Positions 8,481 through 17,718 of a DNA stretch of 64,000 nt are shown here, one piece after another (position 1 is the first letter of the stretch; the number at the start of each line of letters is the position of its first letter). The position numbers were made by a program, and so were the translations under genes. The DNA lies in the NCBI GenBank assembly GCA_044222475.1, contig JBGANF010000009.1, positions 45,845 through 109,844 on the forward strand. Reading direction: 5' to 3'. Source of the stretch: Polyangiaceae bacterium. Lineage in GTDB: Bacteria; Myxococcota_A; Polyangia; Polyangiales; Polyangiaceae. The notes below the pieces were generated by a model. The model ran no database searches and was not told where the DNA came from. It worked only from the letters and a program-made list of their open reading frames with translations.

Positions 8481-9407
8481 CTAAGCGGAGTCCTTCGACG
8501 CGACTGCCCGCAGATCCACGAACGTCCAGTCGCACGTCTTGGCGATGAGCTCGATGAACGCGCGCACCTTCGCCGAGAGCAGGCGCGTCGTCGGGTAGAC
8601 GATCTGGATCGGAAGCGGCGGAGGTTCGAGATCCGCGAGGACGACGCGGAGGCTCCCGGAGCGAACCGCGTCCGCCACCTGGTATCCGAGCGCCATCACG
8701 AGGCCGCCACCGCGCTCGGCGTGACCGATCGCGGCGTCGACGCTGTTCGTCACGAAGCGCGGCGAGAGCGCCACGCGTCGCTCGCCGCCGACGGTCGCGA
8801 AGCGCCACTCCGCGGTCGGGTTGATGGCGTTGCACTGGATCACGTCGTGGACCGCGAGCTCGTCCGCCGTCCGCGGCTTCTTCCTCTGAGCGAAGTACTT
8901 GGGCGACCCCACGACGACGCGCCTCGTCGAGCCGACCGCGCGCGCGACGAGCCCCGAGTCGTCGAGGTGGCCGATGCGAACGGCCGCGTCGATCCCCTCG
9001 TCGACGAGGTTCGCGAGGCGGTCGGCCAAGGTGAGCTCGCCGGTCACCGCCGGGTACTTCGCGAGGTAGGCGCACATCAGCGGCGCGACGTGCAACCGGC
9101 CGAACGTGGCGGGCGCAGCCACTACGAAGCGACCGGTCGGCGTGGTGCGCTCGGCCTGCGCCGCGGCCTCGGCTTCGGCGACGTCGCCGAGGATCCGCCG
9201 CGCGCGCTCGAGGTAGCGTGCGCCGGCGTCGGTCAGCGTGACCGAGCGCGTCGTCCGCTGGAGCAGTCGCGTCCCGAGGCTCTCCTCGAGAGCGGCCACC
9301 AGGCGCGTCACGGCCGACGCCGAGAGCTTGTGGCGGCGGGCGGCGGGGGCGAACCCTCGCAAGTCGGCCACCGAGACGAAGACCCCCATCGCGCCGAGCC
9401 GGTCCAT
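8481..9407 (-). CDS. LysR family regulator (CrgA-like)
   Basis: N-terminal HTH, LLQRTTRSVTLTDAG, full substrate-binding domain. Confidence 0.95.
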   Translation of the reverse strand: MDRLGAMGVFVSVADLRGFAPAARRHKLSASAVTRLVAALEESLGTRLLQRTTRSVTLTDAGARYLERARRILGDVAEAEAAAQAERTTPTGRFVVAAPATFGRLHVAPLMCAYLAKYPAVTGELTLADRLANLVDEGIDAAVRIGHLDDSGLVARAVGSTRRVVVGSPKYFAQRKKPRTADELAVHDVIQCNAINPTAEWRFATVGGERRVALSPRFVTNSVDAAIGHAERGGGLVMALGYQVADAVRSGSLRVVLADLEPPPLPIQIVYPTTRLLSAKVRAFIELIAKTCDWTFVDLRAVASKDSA

Positions 9408-9412
9408 TCATT

Positions 9413-9458
9413 CATTGCATCATCTGCAATGGTGAAGTGTCAATCCCGTCGATTGTTG
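9413..9458 (+). promoter_or_regulatory. putative LysR operator CATTGCA-N5-TGCAATG plus ATTGTTG 20 nt downstream
   Basis: perfect 7-bp palindrome 9413-9431 between divergent lysR and ahpD-like gene; near copy at 12067-12112. Confidence 0.65.
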
Positions 9459-9520
9459 TTGTACATGGAAGGACCCATCTTCGCTCCACGGCCGAACGAA
9501 CGGCCCGAAAGGAAGATCCC

Positions 9521-10069
9521 ATGTCCCGCATCCCCACCCCCGCCACGATCGACGCCTCTCCCGCCGCGTCGCGACCGCTCCTCGAGGCCGTGAAGAAACA
9601 GCTCGGCAGCGCGCCGAACCTCTTTCGCATCGTGGGCAACAGCCCCGCGGCGCTCGAGGGCTACCTCGGACTGAACGGCGCGCTGGCGAAGGGCACCCTC
9701 GACGCGCGCACCCGCGAGCGCATCGCCCTGGCCGTCGCGGAGCTCAACGGCTGCGACTACTGCCTGGCCGCTCACACCTACCTCGGTACGAACCTCGCGA
9801 AGCTGGACGCCACCGAGATCGCGGCCAACCGCGACGGGACATCGAGCGATCCGAAGGCAGCCGCCGCCGTCCGCTTCGCCAGCCAGCTCGTCCGAGCGCG
9901 TGGTCACGTGACCGCCGACGACGTGCTCGCGGTTAAGGCCGCAGGCTACGACGACGCGCAGGTCGTCGAGATCGTGACCCACGTCGCGCTCAACACCTTG
10001 ACCAACTACGTCAACAGCGCGTTCGAGACCGACGTAGACTTCCCCAAGGTCACGCGTCGAGCCGCGTGA
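9521..10069 (+). CDS. carboxymuconolactone decarboxylase / AhpD-like peroxidase-related protein
   Basis: [20 protein letters not shown] motif; AAAGGAAG RBS. Confidence 0.9.
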   Translation: MSRIPTPATIDASPAASRPLLEAVKKQLGSAPNLFRIVGNSPAALEGYLGLNGALAKGTLDARTRERIALAVAELNGCDYCLAAHTYLGTNLAKLDATEIAANRDGTSSDPKAAAAVRFASQLVRARGHVTADDVLAVKAAGYDDAQVVEIVTHVALNTLTNYVNSAFETDVDFPKVTRRAA

Positions 10070-10100
10070 GTCGATCACCGCGCCCTTGGAGGTCCCGCCC

Positions 10101-10565
10101 ATGAGTCGTCCCCCGCTCCCGCCGTTCACCGCCGAAACCGCCGCTCAGAAGGCACGGCTCGCCGAGAACGCGTGGAACACGCGCGATCCCGCGCGCGTCG
10201 CCCTCGCCTACACCGAGGACAGCCGGTGGCGAAATCGGTCGGAGTTCTTCCAAGGGCGCGCGGCGATCGAGGCGTTCCTGAAGCGCAAGTGGGCGCACGA
10301 GATCGACTACCGGTTGATCAAGGAGGTCTGGGCCTTCACCGGGAATCGCATCGCCGTGCGCTTCGTCTACGAGTGCCACGACGAGCACGGCGACTGGACG
10401 CGCGCCCACGGCAACGAGCAGTGGGAGTTCGACGAGGCCGGGCTGATGAGGCGCCGCGAGGCGAGCATCAACGACGTGAAGATCCGCGACGCAGAGCGTC
10501 GCTTCCACTGGCCGCTCGGCCCGCGGCCCGACGAGCACCCCGGGCTCACGGAGCTCGGGCTCTGA
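10101..10565 (+). CDS. SnoaL/NTF2-like protein (DUF1348 family)
   Basis: [67 protein letters not shown]. Confidence 0.88.
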   Translation: MSRPPLPPFTAETAAQKARLAENAWNTRDPARVALAYTEDSRWRNRSEFFQGRAAIEAFLKRKWAHEIDYRLIKEVWAFTGNRIAVRFVYECHDEHGDWTRAHGNEQWEFDEAGLMRRREASINDVKIRDAERRFHWPLGPRPDEHPGLTELGL

Positions 10566-10568
10566 CGT

Positions 10569-11375
10569 TCAGGGCTTCGCTGCGGCGAGCACCTGCTCGC
10601 GCGTGACGCTCTTCGGATCGAAGACCACGCGCAAGGAGGCGCCGTCGCGCGACACCTCGAGGACGCCGGGGACCTTCGCGAGCGCGTCCGCTGCGCGCGC
10701 GTCGCCGGAGACGATCGCCGTCTCCAGCGTCGTGCTGCAGCCGGCGCGCTCGCCGGGCGCCGGCTTCGCGCACGAGTTCTGGGTCGCGACCGGCGGAGCG
10801 TGCGTCGCGCTTCCTTCGAACAGCGGAAGGTACGCGCCGTATCCTTCGGCCGCGAGCTTCGACACCGGGACGAACCGCAGCGACGCCGAGTTGATGCAGT
10901 AGCGGAGGCCGGTCGGTGCAGGGCCGTCGTCGAACACGTGACCGAGGTGCGAGCTCGCGCTCGCGGAACGCACCTCGGTGCGCTCCATGCCGAGCGTCGT
11001 GTCGCTCTTCGAGACGACGCGGGCGTCCTCGATCGGCCGCGTGAAGCTCGGCCAGCCGGTGCCCGACTCGAACTTGTCGAGCGAGCTGAAGAGCGGCTCG
11101 CCGCTCACCACGTCGACGTAGATGCCGGGCTCGTGGTTGTCCCAGTACGCGTTGTGGAACGGCGGCTCGGTCGCGTCGTTCTGCGTGACCTCGTACTCGA
11201 TCGGCGAGAGCTTCTTCTTCAGCTCGTCGAGCGACGGCTTCGGGTACGCACTCGACGGAGCGGCGGCGATCTTCGCCACCGGCTCGGCGGCGGCGCTGGA
11301 CGACGACGATGCACGACATGCGACTGTGGCGACGAGGAGGGAGAGTCCGGACATCACGAGGAGGGTCTGGTTCAT
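10569..11375 (-). CDS. msrB: methionine-R-sulfoxide reductase MsrB, putative lipoprotein with extra C-terminal domain
   Basis: [44 protein letters not shown]; hydrophobic signal ending TVAC. Confidence 0.93.
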   Translation of the reverse strand: MNQTLLVMSGLSLLVATVACRASSSSSAAAEPVAKIAAAPSSAYPKPSLDELKKKLSPIEYEVTQNDATEPPFHNAYWDNHEPGIYVDVVSGEPLFSSLDKFESGTGWPSFTRPIEDARVVSKSDTTLGMERTEVRSASASSHLGHVFDDGPAPTGLRYCINSASLRFVPVSKLAAEGYGAYLPLFEGSATHAPPVATQNSCAKPAPGERAGCSTTLETAIVSGDARAADALAKVPGVLEVSRDGASLRVVFDPKSVTREQVLAAAKP

Positions 11376-11434
11376 GGCTCGCCAGGGAGTACGCCGGTCG
11401 AGCGCCTCCGGTTTCGGCCACCGTCACCTCGGAA

Positions 11435-12037
11435 TCACCCGGTCTCGACGCGGCGCAGTTCGGCCTCGAGCTCGGCGATGCGGCGATCGCGCGAGGCGAG
11501 GGCCTCGGCGACGTCGGCCGCGTCGATCCGCTGCGGGATGTGCTGCGGACAGTTCACGTCCCACGCGACGACGCGGATCACGAAGACCCGCTCGGGACGG
11601 GCCGCGTAGCCCTTCGGCGCGAGGCGCGCGAGGAGCGCCGGGTCGTCCTCGACGACCTTCGCCTCGCCCCAGATCTTCACCCTGCGTCGATGCGCGTAGT
11701 CGATCAGGAAGAGGTGCACTTTCGGGTTGTCCTCGAGGTTCCCGAGCGAGATGTACTGGCGGTTGCCCGCGAAGTCGGCGAACGCGAGCGTGTGCTCGTC
11801 GAGCACGTGGAGGAAGCCCTTCGGTCCGCCGCGGTGCTGGATGTACGGCTGGCCCGCTGCGTTCGCGGTGGCGAGGAAGAAGCTCGTCTGGTCGGTGATG
11901 AAGTCCGCGACGTCCTCGGAGATCGCGGTCTCCCAGCCGCCGCCCTCTTCCATCCGAGCGTAGGCCTTGCGCGAGCCCTTCTTCGTCTGGATCGCCTTCA
12001 CCGTGGGAGTGAACGCCACGTCGCTGGAGGTTGCCAT
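11435..12037 (-). CDS. pyridoxamine 5'-phosphate oxidase-like FMN-binding protein
   Basis: FFLATANAAGQPYIQHRGGPKGFL, FADFAGNRQYISLGNL, WDVNCPQHIP. Confidence 0.88.
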   Translation of the reverse strand: MATSSDVAFTPTVKAIQTKKGSRKAYARMEEGGGWETAISEDVADFITDQTSFFLATANAAGQPYIQHRGGPKGFLHVLDEHTLAFADFAGNRQYISLGNLEDNPKVHLFLIDYAHRRRVKIWGEAKVVEDDPALLARLAPKGYAARPERVFVIRVVAWDVNCPQHIPQRIDAADVAEALASRDRRIAELEAELRRVETG

Positions 12038-12066
12038 GGCGCCAACGTGAGGCTGAAGTACGCCGG

Positions 12067-12112
12067 CAACAATGGATCGGCTTCGCAATGCATCATTGCT
12101 CCTCATGCAATG
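12067..12112 (-). promoter_or_regulatory. second putative LysR operator CATTGCA-N5-AGCAATG plus ATTGTTG 20 nt downstream
   Basis: same architecture and spacing as 9413-9458, oriented toward the PNPOx-like gene. Confidence 0.6.
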
Positions 12113-12855
12113 GTGAGGACCTCGCATCCGGTCTCGGTGACGAGGACCGTGTGCTCGAACTGTGCCGACAGCGAGCCGTCGGCAGTGACGACCGTCCAGC
12201 CGTCGTCGAGGAAGCGCACCGCCGCTCGACCGAGGTTCACCATCGGCTCGATCGTGAACGCCATGCCCGGACGGAGCCGAGGGCCGGTGCCGCGCGTCCC
12301 GGTGTGCTTCACGTGAGGCTCGGTGTGCATCGCGCGTCCGATGCCGTGACCGCCGAGCTCGGTGACGACGCTGCAGCCGGCCTTGCGGGCGACCTCGTCG
12401 ATCGCCGCGCCGACGTCGCCGAGGCGGCCGTTCGGGCGGACCACGGCGACTCCCGCGTCGCGGCACGCACGCGCGGTCTCGACGACGTGGCGAGCCTCGG
12501 CGCTGGGCTCGCCGATGAAGAACGTCGCCGACGTGTCGCCGTGGAACCCCTCGAGCTCGGTCGTGACGTCGACGTTCACGATGTCGCCGTCGCGGAGGAC
12601 GTCACGCGGCGAGGGGATCCCATGGCACACGACGTGGTTGCGACTGGTGCACACCGCCGCGGGAAACCCTTGGTATCCGAGCTGACTCGGGCGGCCCTTG
12701 CGGCGCGCGGTGTCTTCGCGGACCCATCGGTCGATGTCCGCGGTCGAGACGCCGGCGCGGAGCAGCGTCCCAACGTGGGACAGCGTCGCGGCCGCCACGC
12801 GCCCGGCGGCGCGCAATCGTTCCCGTTCACGAGGTCCGAACAGCTCGATGGCCAT
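12103..12855 (-). CDS. map: type I methionine aminopeptidase
   Basis: VCHGIP, GDIVNVDVT, GFHGDTS, GHGIG..MHTEP, FTIEPM, SAQFEHT. Confidence 0.95.
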   Translation of the reverse strand: MAIELFGPRERERLRAAGRVAAATLSHVGTLLRAGVSTADIDRWVREDTARRKGRPSQLGYQGFPAAVCTSRNHVVCHGIPSPRDVLRDGDIVNVDVTTELEGFHGDTSATFFIGEPSAEARHVVETARACRDAGVAVVRPNGRLGDVGAAIDEVARKAGCSVVTELGGHGIGRAMHTEPHVKHTGTRGTGPRLRPGMAFTIEPMVNLGRAAVRFLDDGWTVVTADGSLSAQFEHTVLVTETGCEVLTIA

Positions 12856-12944
12856 CCCCGAACGAAACACCGGCGCCGCGCGGGCGACCAATACCTTCTC
12901 GATCTGACGCCGGAGCGCGCGTTCCGCGCTACGATGAAGCCATC

Positions 12945-13208
12945 ATGAGCCTCGCGCAGATCCGGTATTTCGTCGCCGTCGCCGAGGAGGGCAGCGTGAC
13001 CCGCGCGGCCGAGAGGCTCCACGTCTCCCAGCCGCCGCTGAGCCGGCAGATCCACCTGCTCGAGGACGAGCTCGACGTGCAGCTCTTCGAGCGCACCCCG
13101 CGCGGAGTTCGCTTGCTCCCGCCGGGCGAGCGCTTCCTCGAGCACGCGCGGGCCATCCTGAAGCAGGTCGAGCTCGCCGCCCACGCCGCCCGCGAGGGCG
13201 ACGGGTGA
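12945..13208 (+). CDS. LysR-type HTH-only protein (no effector domain)
   Basis: 87 aa: YFVAVAEEGSVTRAAERLHVSQPPLSRQIHLLEDEL..LFERTPRGV, then stop. Confidence 0.85.
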   Translation: MSLAQIRYFVAVAEEGSVTRAAERLHVSQPPLSRQIHLLEDELDVQLFERTPRGVRLLPPGERFLEHARAILKQVELAAHAAREGDG

Positions 13209-13825
13209 AGGAGCACCCCTACCGCAGCGAGCTGGGCGAAGAAGAGCGCCCCCTCGTCGCACAGACCGAGCTCCGCCTCGAGGGCTCGGCAGTCGAGCGC
13301 AAGTCGGCGATCGTTCGGTTGCTCGTCGGCGCGGGGATCGCCGTAGCCATCGGAGCGTTCGCGCTCCTTCTCATGCGCCTCGAAGCGGCCGTCAGCGTCC
13401 TCTTCGTCGCGGCGCTCGCGTACGTCGGCTGGCGCTGGGTGCGGCTTCGCAAAGAGACCGAGGTGGTCCTCCGCATCGAGGACGACACGCTCGTGATCCA
13501 GCGCTTCCGCGCAGCCCCGGTCAGGGTCGCGCTGCGGGCGCTCGACGACGTCGAGATCGAGTCGAAGGAAGTCCAGAAGGTCGGACACGACAGCAACCCG
13601 ATCTACGGACTCAGCTTCAACCGCCACGTGGCGCCCGCGGTCGACGTCGCGCGGGTCGCGCTCGTGCGCGCCGGCGACCTGCCGCTCCGCCTCGGCGACG
13701 AGTGGGTCTCGCACGGCGAGACGAGCGAGGACTTCCGCAAGGTGCGACTGTTCCTGCGTTCACGTGGGTGGATCCCGCTCTCGGAGCGCGCGAAGCCGAG
13801 GAAGAAGAAGCGTCGCTCGGCCTGA
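13205..13825 (+). CDS. hypothetical membrane protein
   Basis: two hydrophobic helices; GTGA overlap with upstream gene. Confidence 0.7.
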   Translation: MKEHPYRSELGEEERPLVAQTELRLEGSAVERKSAIVRLLVGAGIAVAIGAFALLLMRLEAAVSVLFVAALAYVGWRWVRLRKETEVVLRIEDDTLVIQRFRAAPVRVALRALDDVEIESKEVQKVGHDSNPIYGLSFNRHVAPAVDVARVALVRAGDLPLRLGDEWVSHGETSEDFRKVRLFLRSRGWIPLSERAKPRKKKRRSA

Positions 13826-13844
13826 CTCGCTATAGTGCGGGCCC

Positions 13845-15596
13845 ATGACACTCGACCTTCGGATCAAGGGGGGAACACTCGTCGACGGCACCGGCTCGGC
13901 TCCGCGTCGCGTCGACGTCGGCGTCAAAGACGGCGTCATCGTCTCCGTCGGAGACGTGGGGGACGCCACCCGCACGATCGACGCCGACGGCGCGATCGTC
14001 GCTCCCGGCTTCGTCGACATCCACTCCCACTACGACGGCCAAGCCTCGTGGGACGGTGACATGCTCCCGTCGGCCGCCCATGGCGTCACCACCGCGGTCA
14101 TGGGCAACTGTGGCGTCGGGTTCGCTCCGTGTCGCAAGAGCGATCACGAGCGATTGATCCGCCTCTTCGAGGGCGTCGAGGACATCCCCGGCACCGCGCT
14201 CACCGAAGGCCTGTCGTGGAAGTGGGAGAGCTTCGGCGAGTACCTCGACGCGGTCGACGCGATCCCGCGCACGATGGACGTCGCCGCGTACCTCACCCAC
14301 GACGCGGTGCGCGTCTTCGTGATGGGCGCGCGCGCCACCGAAACCCAAGCGGCCACCCCCGACGACCTTCGCGCCATGGCCGACATCGTGAAGCGCGCCA
14401 TGGCCGACGGCGCGGTCGGCGTCTCGACCGGCCGCACCGACAACCACCGCGCGATCGACGGCTCCCACACGCCCGCGTCCGAGGCGAGCGACGCCGAGCT
14501 CGCGACGCTCGCGCGCGCCATGGGCGAAACCGGCCGCGGCGCGCTCCAAGCGGTGAGCGACTTCGACATGGAGCGCGGGCCCGAGCTCTTCGAGGGCGAG
14601 TTCGACGTCCTCGAGCACTTCGCCGAGGCAGCCGGCGGTCGTCCCCTCTCCGTCTCTCTCATGCAGCGCGATCTGATCCCGACCCAGTGGCGCGACATTC
14701 TGCGCCGCGTCGACAAGGCGAACGCGCGTGGCTTGAACATCCGCGTGCAGGTCGCCCCGCGCGGGATCGGCGTGCTCCTCGGGCTCGAGGCGACGTTCCA
14801 CCCGTTCATCGGCTTCCCGACGTACAAGAAGATCGCGGGCCTCTCGCTCGAAGAGCGCGTGAAGGAGCTCCGCAAGCCCGAGGTGAAAGCCGCGATGCTG
14901 TCGGAGAAGACCGACAAGATCGCCGGCGACGGCAGCCCCGTCCCGCCGCTCGCCGATCGGCTGCTCGCCATGGTCGACATGGTGTCGATGCGCATGTTCC
15001 CGCTCGGCAAGGTGCCCGACTACGAGCCCAAGGCCGAGTCGTCGATCGGCGCGCGCGCGATGATGACCGGCAAGAAGCCGCTCGAGTGCCTCTACGACGC
15101 GCTCCTCGAGGACGACGGACATGCCCTCCTCTACTTCCCCGTCTACAACTACGGCGGGATGAACCTCGACGCGGTGTCGGAGATGCTCCACCACCCGGCC
15201 GCGATGCCCGGCCTCGCCGACGGCGGCGCGCACTGCGGCACCATCTGCGACGCGAGCATGCCGACGTATTTCCTGATGCACTGGGCGCGCGATCGCGCGG
15301 CCGGTCGCTTCTCGATCGAGCGCGCCGTGGAGCTCTTGACGCGCACTCCGGCCGAGTACCTGGGCCTGCGCGACCGCGGCGTCGTCGCCGAGGGCAAGAA
15401 GGCCGACCTCGTGATCTTCGATCTCGCCAAGCTCGCCCTCGCGCCGCCGCGCCTCGTGCGCGATCTCCCGGCCGGAGGAAAGCGCTTCCTCCAGGACGCG
15501 ACCGGCTACCGCGCCACGATCGTGAGCGGGCGCGTCGTCAGCGAAGGCGGCCGTCTCACCGGCGAGAAGCCCGGCCGCGTCGCCCGCCTCCGTTGA
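13845..15596 (+). CDS. N-acyl-D-amino-acid deacylase family amidohydrolase
   Basis: APGFVDIHSHYD, HGVTT.VMGNCGVGFAP, ADGGAH, GKKADLVIFD. Confidence 0.9.
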   Translation: MTLDLRIKGGTLVDGTGSAPRRVDVGVKDGVIVSVGDVGDATRTIDADGAIVAPGFVDIHSHYDGQASWDGDMLPSAAHGVTTAVMGNCGVGFAPCRKSDHERLIRLFEGVEDIPGTALTEGLSWKWESFGEYLDAVDAIPRTMDVAAYLTHDAVRVFVMGARATETQAATPDDLRAMADIVKRAMADGAVGVSTGRTDNHRAIDGSHTPASEASDAELATLARAMGETGRGALQAVSDFDMERGPELFEGEFDVLEHFAEAAGGRPLSVSLMQRDLIPTQWRDILRRVDKANARGLNIRVQVAPRGIGVLLGLEATFHPFIGFPTYKKIAGLSLEERVKELRKPEVKAAMLSEKTDKIAGDGSPVPPLADRLLAMVDMVSMRMFPLGKVPDYEPKAESSIGARAMMTGKKPLECLYDALLEDDGHALLYFPVYNYGGMNLDAVSEMLHHPAAMPGLADGGAHCGTICDASMPTYFLMHWARDRAAGRFSIERAVELLTRTPAEYLGLRDRGVVAEGKKADLVIFDLAKLALAPPRLVRDLPAGGKRFLQDATGYRATIVSGRVVSEGGRLTGEKPGRVARLR

Positions 15597-16087
15597 TCGT
15601 CTGCCTCGACGTCGACTACCGCAAGGACGCCGTCGTGACGGCGCGTCTCGTCATCCCAAACTGGGACAGCAAGGCGCCAGCGTCACTCGTCACGATTCGA
15701 ACGCGCGGGGCGGCACCGGACTACGTCCCGGGTGCGTTCTATCGGCGCGAGATGCCGTACCTCGTCGCCGCGCTCGAAGGGGTCGCTGCTTCGGTCGTGG
15801 TGATCGACGGGTACGTGTGGCTCGGCCCCGGTGCGCCGGGGCTCGGGGCCCACCTCTGGGACGCGATCGGAAAGCGCGCGGCCGTCGTCGGCGTGGCGAA
15901 GACCCCGTTTCGCGGCGCCGCGCCGATCGTGCGCGAGGTGAAGCGAGGGGCGAGCAACACGCCGCTCTTCGTCACCGCCGCTGGCATCGAGCCCGAGATC
16001 GCCGCCGATCGCGTTCGAGTCATGCACGGCCCCCACCGAATGCCGGCCATGCTTCGCCGCGTCGATCGAGCCTGCCGCGACGCCTGA
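15593..16087 (+). CDS. endonuclease V family protein
   Basis: LDVDY, YVPGAFYRREMP, VIDGYV, GVAKT motifs; TTG start overlaps upstream stop. Confidence 0.8.
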   Translation: MIVCLDVDYRKDAVVTARLVIPNWDSKAPASLVTIRTRGAAPDYVPGAFYRREMPYLVAALEGVAASVVVIDGYVWLGPGAPGLGAHLWDAIGKRAAVVGVAKTPFRGAAPIVREVKRGASNTPLFVTAAGIEPEIAADRVRVMHGPHRMPAMLRRVDRACRDA

Positions 16088-16096
16088 AGCAGCCCT

Positions 16097-17605
16097 TCAC
16101 CGTGACCGCACCAGGGACAGGCCCAGCGTGCCTTGGTGCAACACCGGACACCGAAATGTGACGACGTCCACGACGGCACGGTGGACGCACGCCGCAAAGG
16201 CCGCTGCGGCCGCTTGATCGTCGGCCAGCTCTTCACGCACCGACGAAATGCGGCCACCCGGCTCCACGGTGAATTTGAGGTCACGAAACCTGTCCGTCGG
16301 TCCACCTGCGCTCTGGCACTGGGCGATGCGCGCGCCCAAGGCTGGCCCCTTGAGCAGCTCCATCACGTGGTCCACCTCCTCCCTCTCACCGCCGTCGCAA
16401 TCGAACGCGATCTCCACCTCGGCCAATCCCCGCATCCACGTCGTCTGCCGAGGGTGCGGCACCGAGTTGCCCGCCGTCGTCGTCACCGAGACGCTCGGCA
16501 CGGGCGGGCCGCTCGCCGTGCCCGTGGCGCTCGCGACGCTCGCCGGCGAAGACGCCGGCATCGAGGATCGAGGAGACTCCACCGACGAGAGCAGCGAAGC
16601 AGCAGGTGCGACCGGATCCTTCTTCGCTAGAGCTCCCAGGACGACGGCGAGCGGGAGGAGCACGAGCGCGACGAGCAAAGCTGGCCACCAGCGACGTTTT
16701 CGAGGGGCGCGCGGTGCGGCCTCGATCCTCGTGGGCGCGGCGGAAGCCGGCGCCGCCTCCTCGATCTCCGGGCGCGGATCGAGACACTCCCCGAGAGCGA
16801 CGCCAAGTTCGGCTGCCGTCGCGTAACGGCGGTCCCGGTCTCGCGCCATCGCCCGGTCGATCACCCGAGCGATGCTCGAGCGCGGGCGGAGCGCCGTCGC
16901 CGAGTCACGTTTCCCAAGGGCGATCGCGTGGGCGAGCTCACCCATGGTGCTCTGAGGAAACGGACGCCGCCCGAAGAGGCAGAAGAACAGCGTCGCGCCC
17001 ACCGCGTACACGTCGGTCGCGACGTCCGCGGGTCGGCCGTCGAGCTGCTCCGGCGAGAGCCACGCGAGCGTCCCCACGACCGCACCCTCTCGTGTGAGGT
17101 CGTCCTTCACGTCGAGATCGCGCGCGACCCCGAAGTCCAGGAGCTTGATCGCGTCGCGCCCGAGGGTGGTCTCGGTGAGGAAGACGTTCCCCGGCTTGAT
17201 GTCGCGATGGACGATCCCCTTCGCATGTGCGGCCGACATCGCGTCGGTCAGCTGAAGCCCGATCTCGACGACGCGGGCGCTCGTCATGGGCCCGTCGTCG
17301 CGGACGGCATCGCTCAACGTGCGACCGACGAGCCTCTCCATCACGAGGAACGGCGGCGTCGTGTCGTCACCCGCGTAGTGGTCGAAGATCTGAATCACGT
17401 TCGGGTGGCTCAACGCGGCGAGGATCCGAATCTCTCGCCGAAAGCGCTCGAGGTACTCGGCGTCGCTCACCGAGAGCACTTTGATCGCGACCTGGCGGTC
17501 GAGGTCGATCTGCCTCGCGGCGTAGACCACGCCCATCCCGCCTTGCCCGAGGACGCCCTCGACTCGATAGCGGTCTCGTAGGACCGTGCCTTCCGTGAGG
17601 GTCAC
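16097..17605 (-). CDS. membrane Ser/Thr protein kinase
   Basis: GQGGMG, VAIK, HRDIKPGN, DFG, SPE; TM helix 'WWPALLVALVLLPLAVVLG'; start placed at GTG 17605. Confidence 0.9.
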   Translation of the reverse strand: MTLTEGTVLRDRYRVEGVLGQGGMGVVYAARQIDLDRQVAIKVLSVSDAEYLERFRREIRILAALSHPNVIQIFDHYAGDDTTPPFLVMERLVGRTLSDAVRDDGPMTSARVVEIGLQLTDAMSAAHAKGIVHRDIKPGNVFLTETTLGRDAIKLLDFGVARDLDVKDDLTREGAVVGTLAWLSPEQLDGRPADVATDVYAVGATLFFCLFGRRPFPQSTMGELAHAIALGKRDSATALRPRSSIARVIDRAMARDRDRRYATAAELGVALGECLDPRPEIEEAAPASAAPTRIEAAPRAPRKRRWWPALLVALVLLPLAVVLGALAKKDPVAPAASLLSSVESPRSSMPASSPASVASATGTASGPPVPSVSVTTTAGNSVPHPRQTTWMRGLAEVEIAFDCDGGEREEVDHVMELLKGPALGARIAQCQSAGGPTDRFRDLKFTVEPGGRISSVREELADDQAAAAAFAACVHRAVVDVVTFRCPVLHQGTLGLSLVRSR

Positions 17606-17718
17606 CGAGAACCTCGCTGACAACGCACCCAGTTGGATTGACCCCGCAAGTTCCCACCCAAAAGGCGAAGGAGAGGCACGCACATGCCAAGACGGGATCG
17701 TTTCATGCGACTTCAGCG

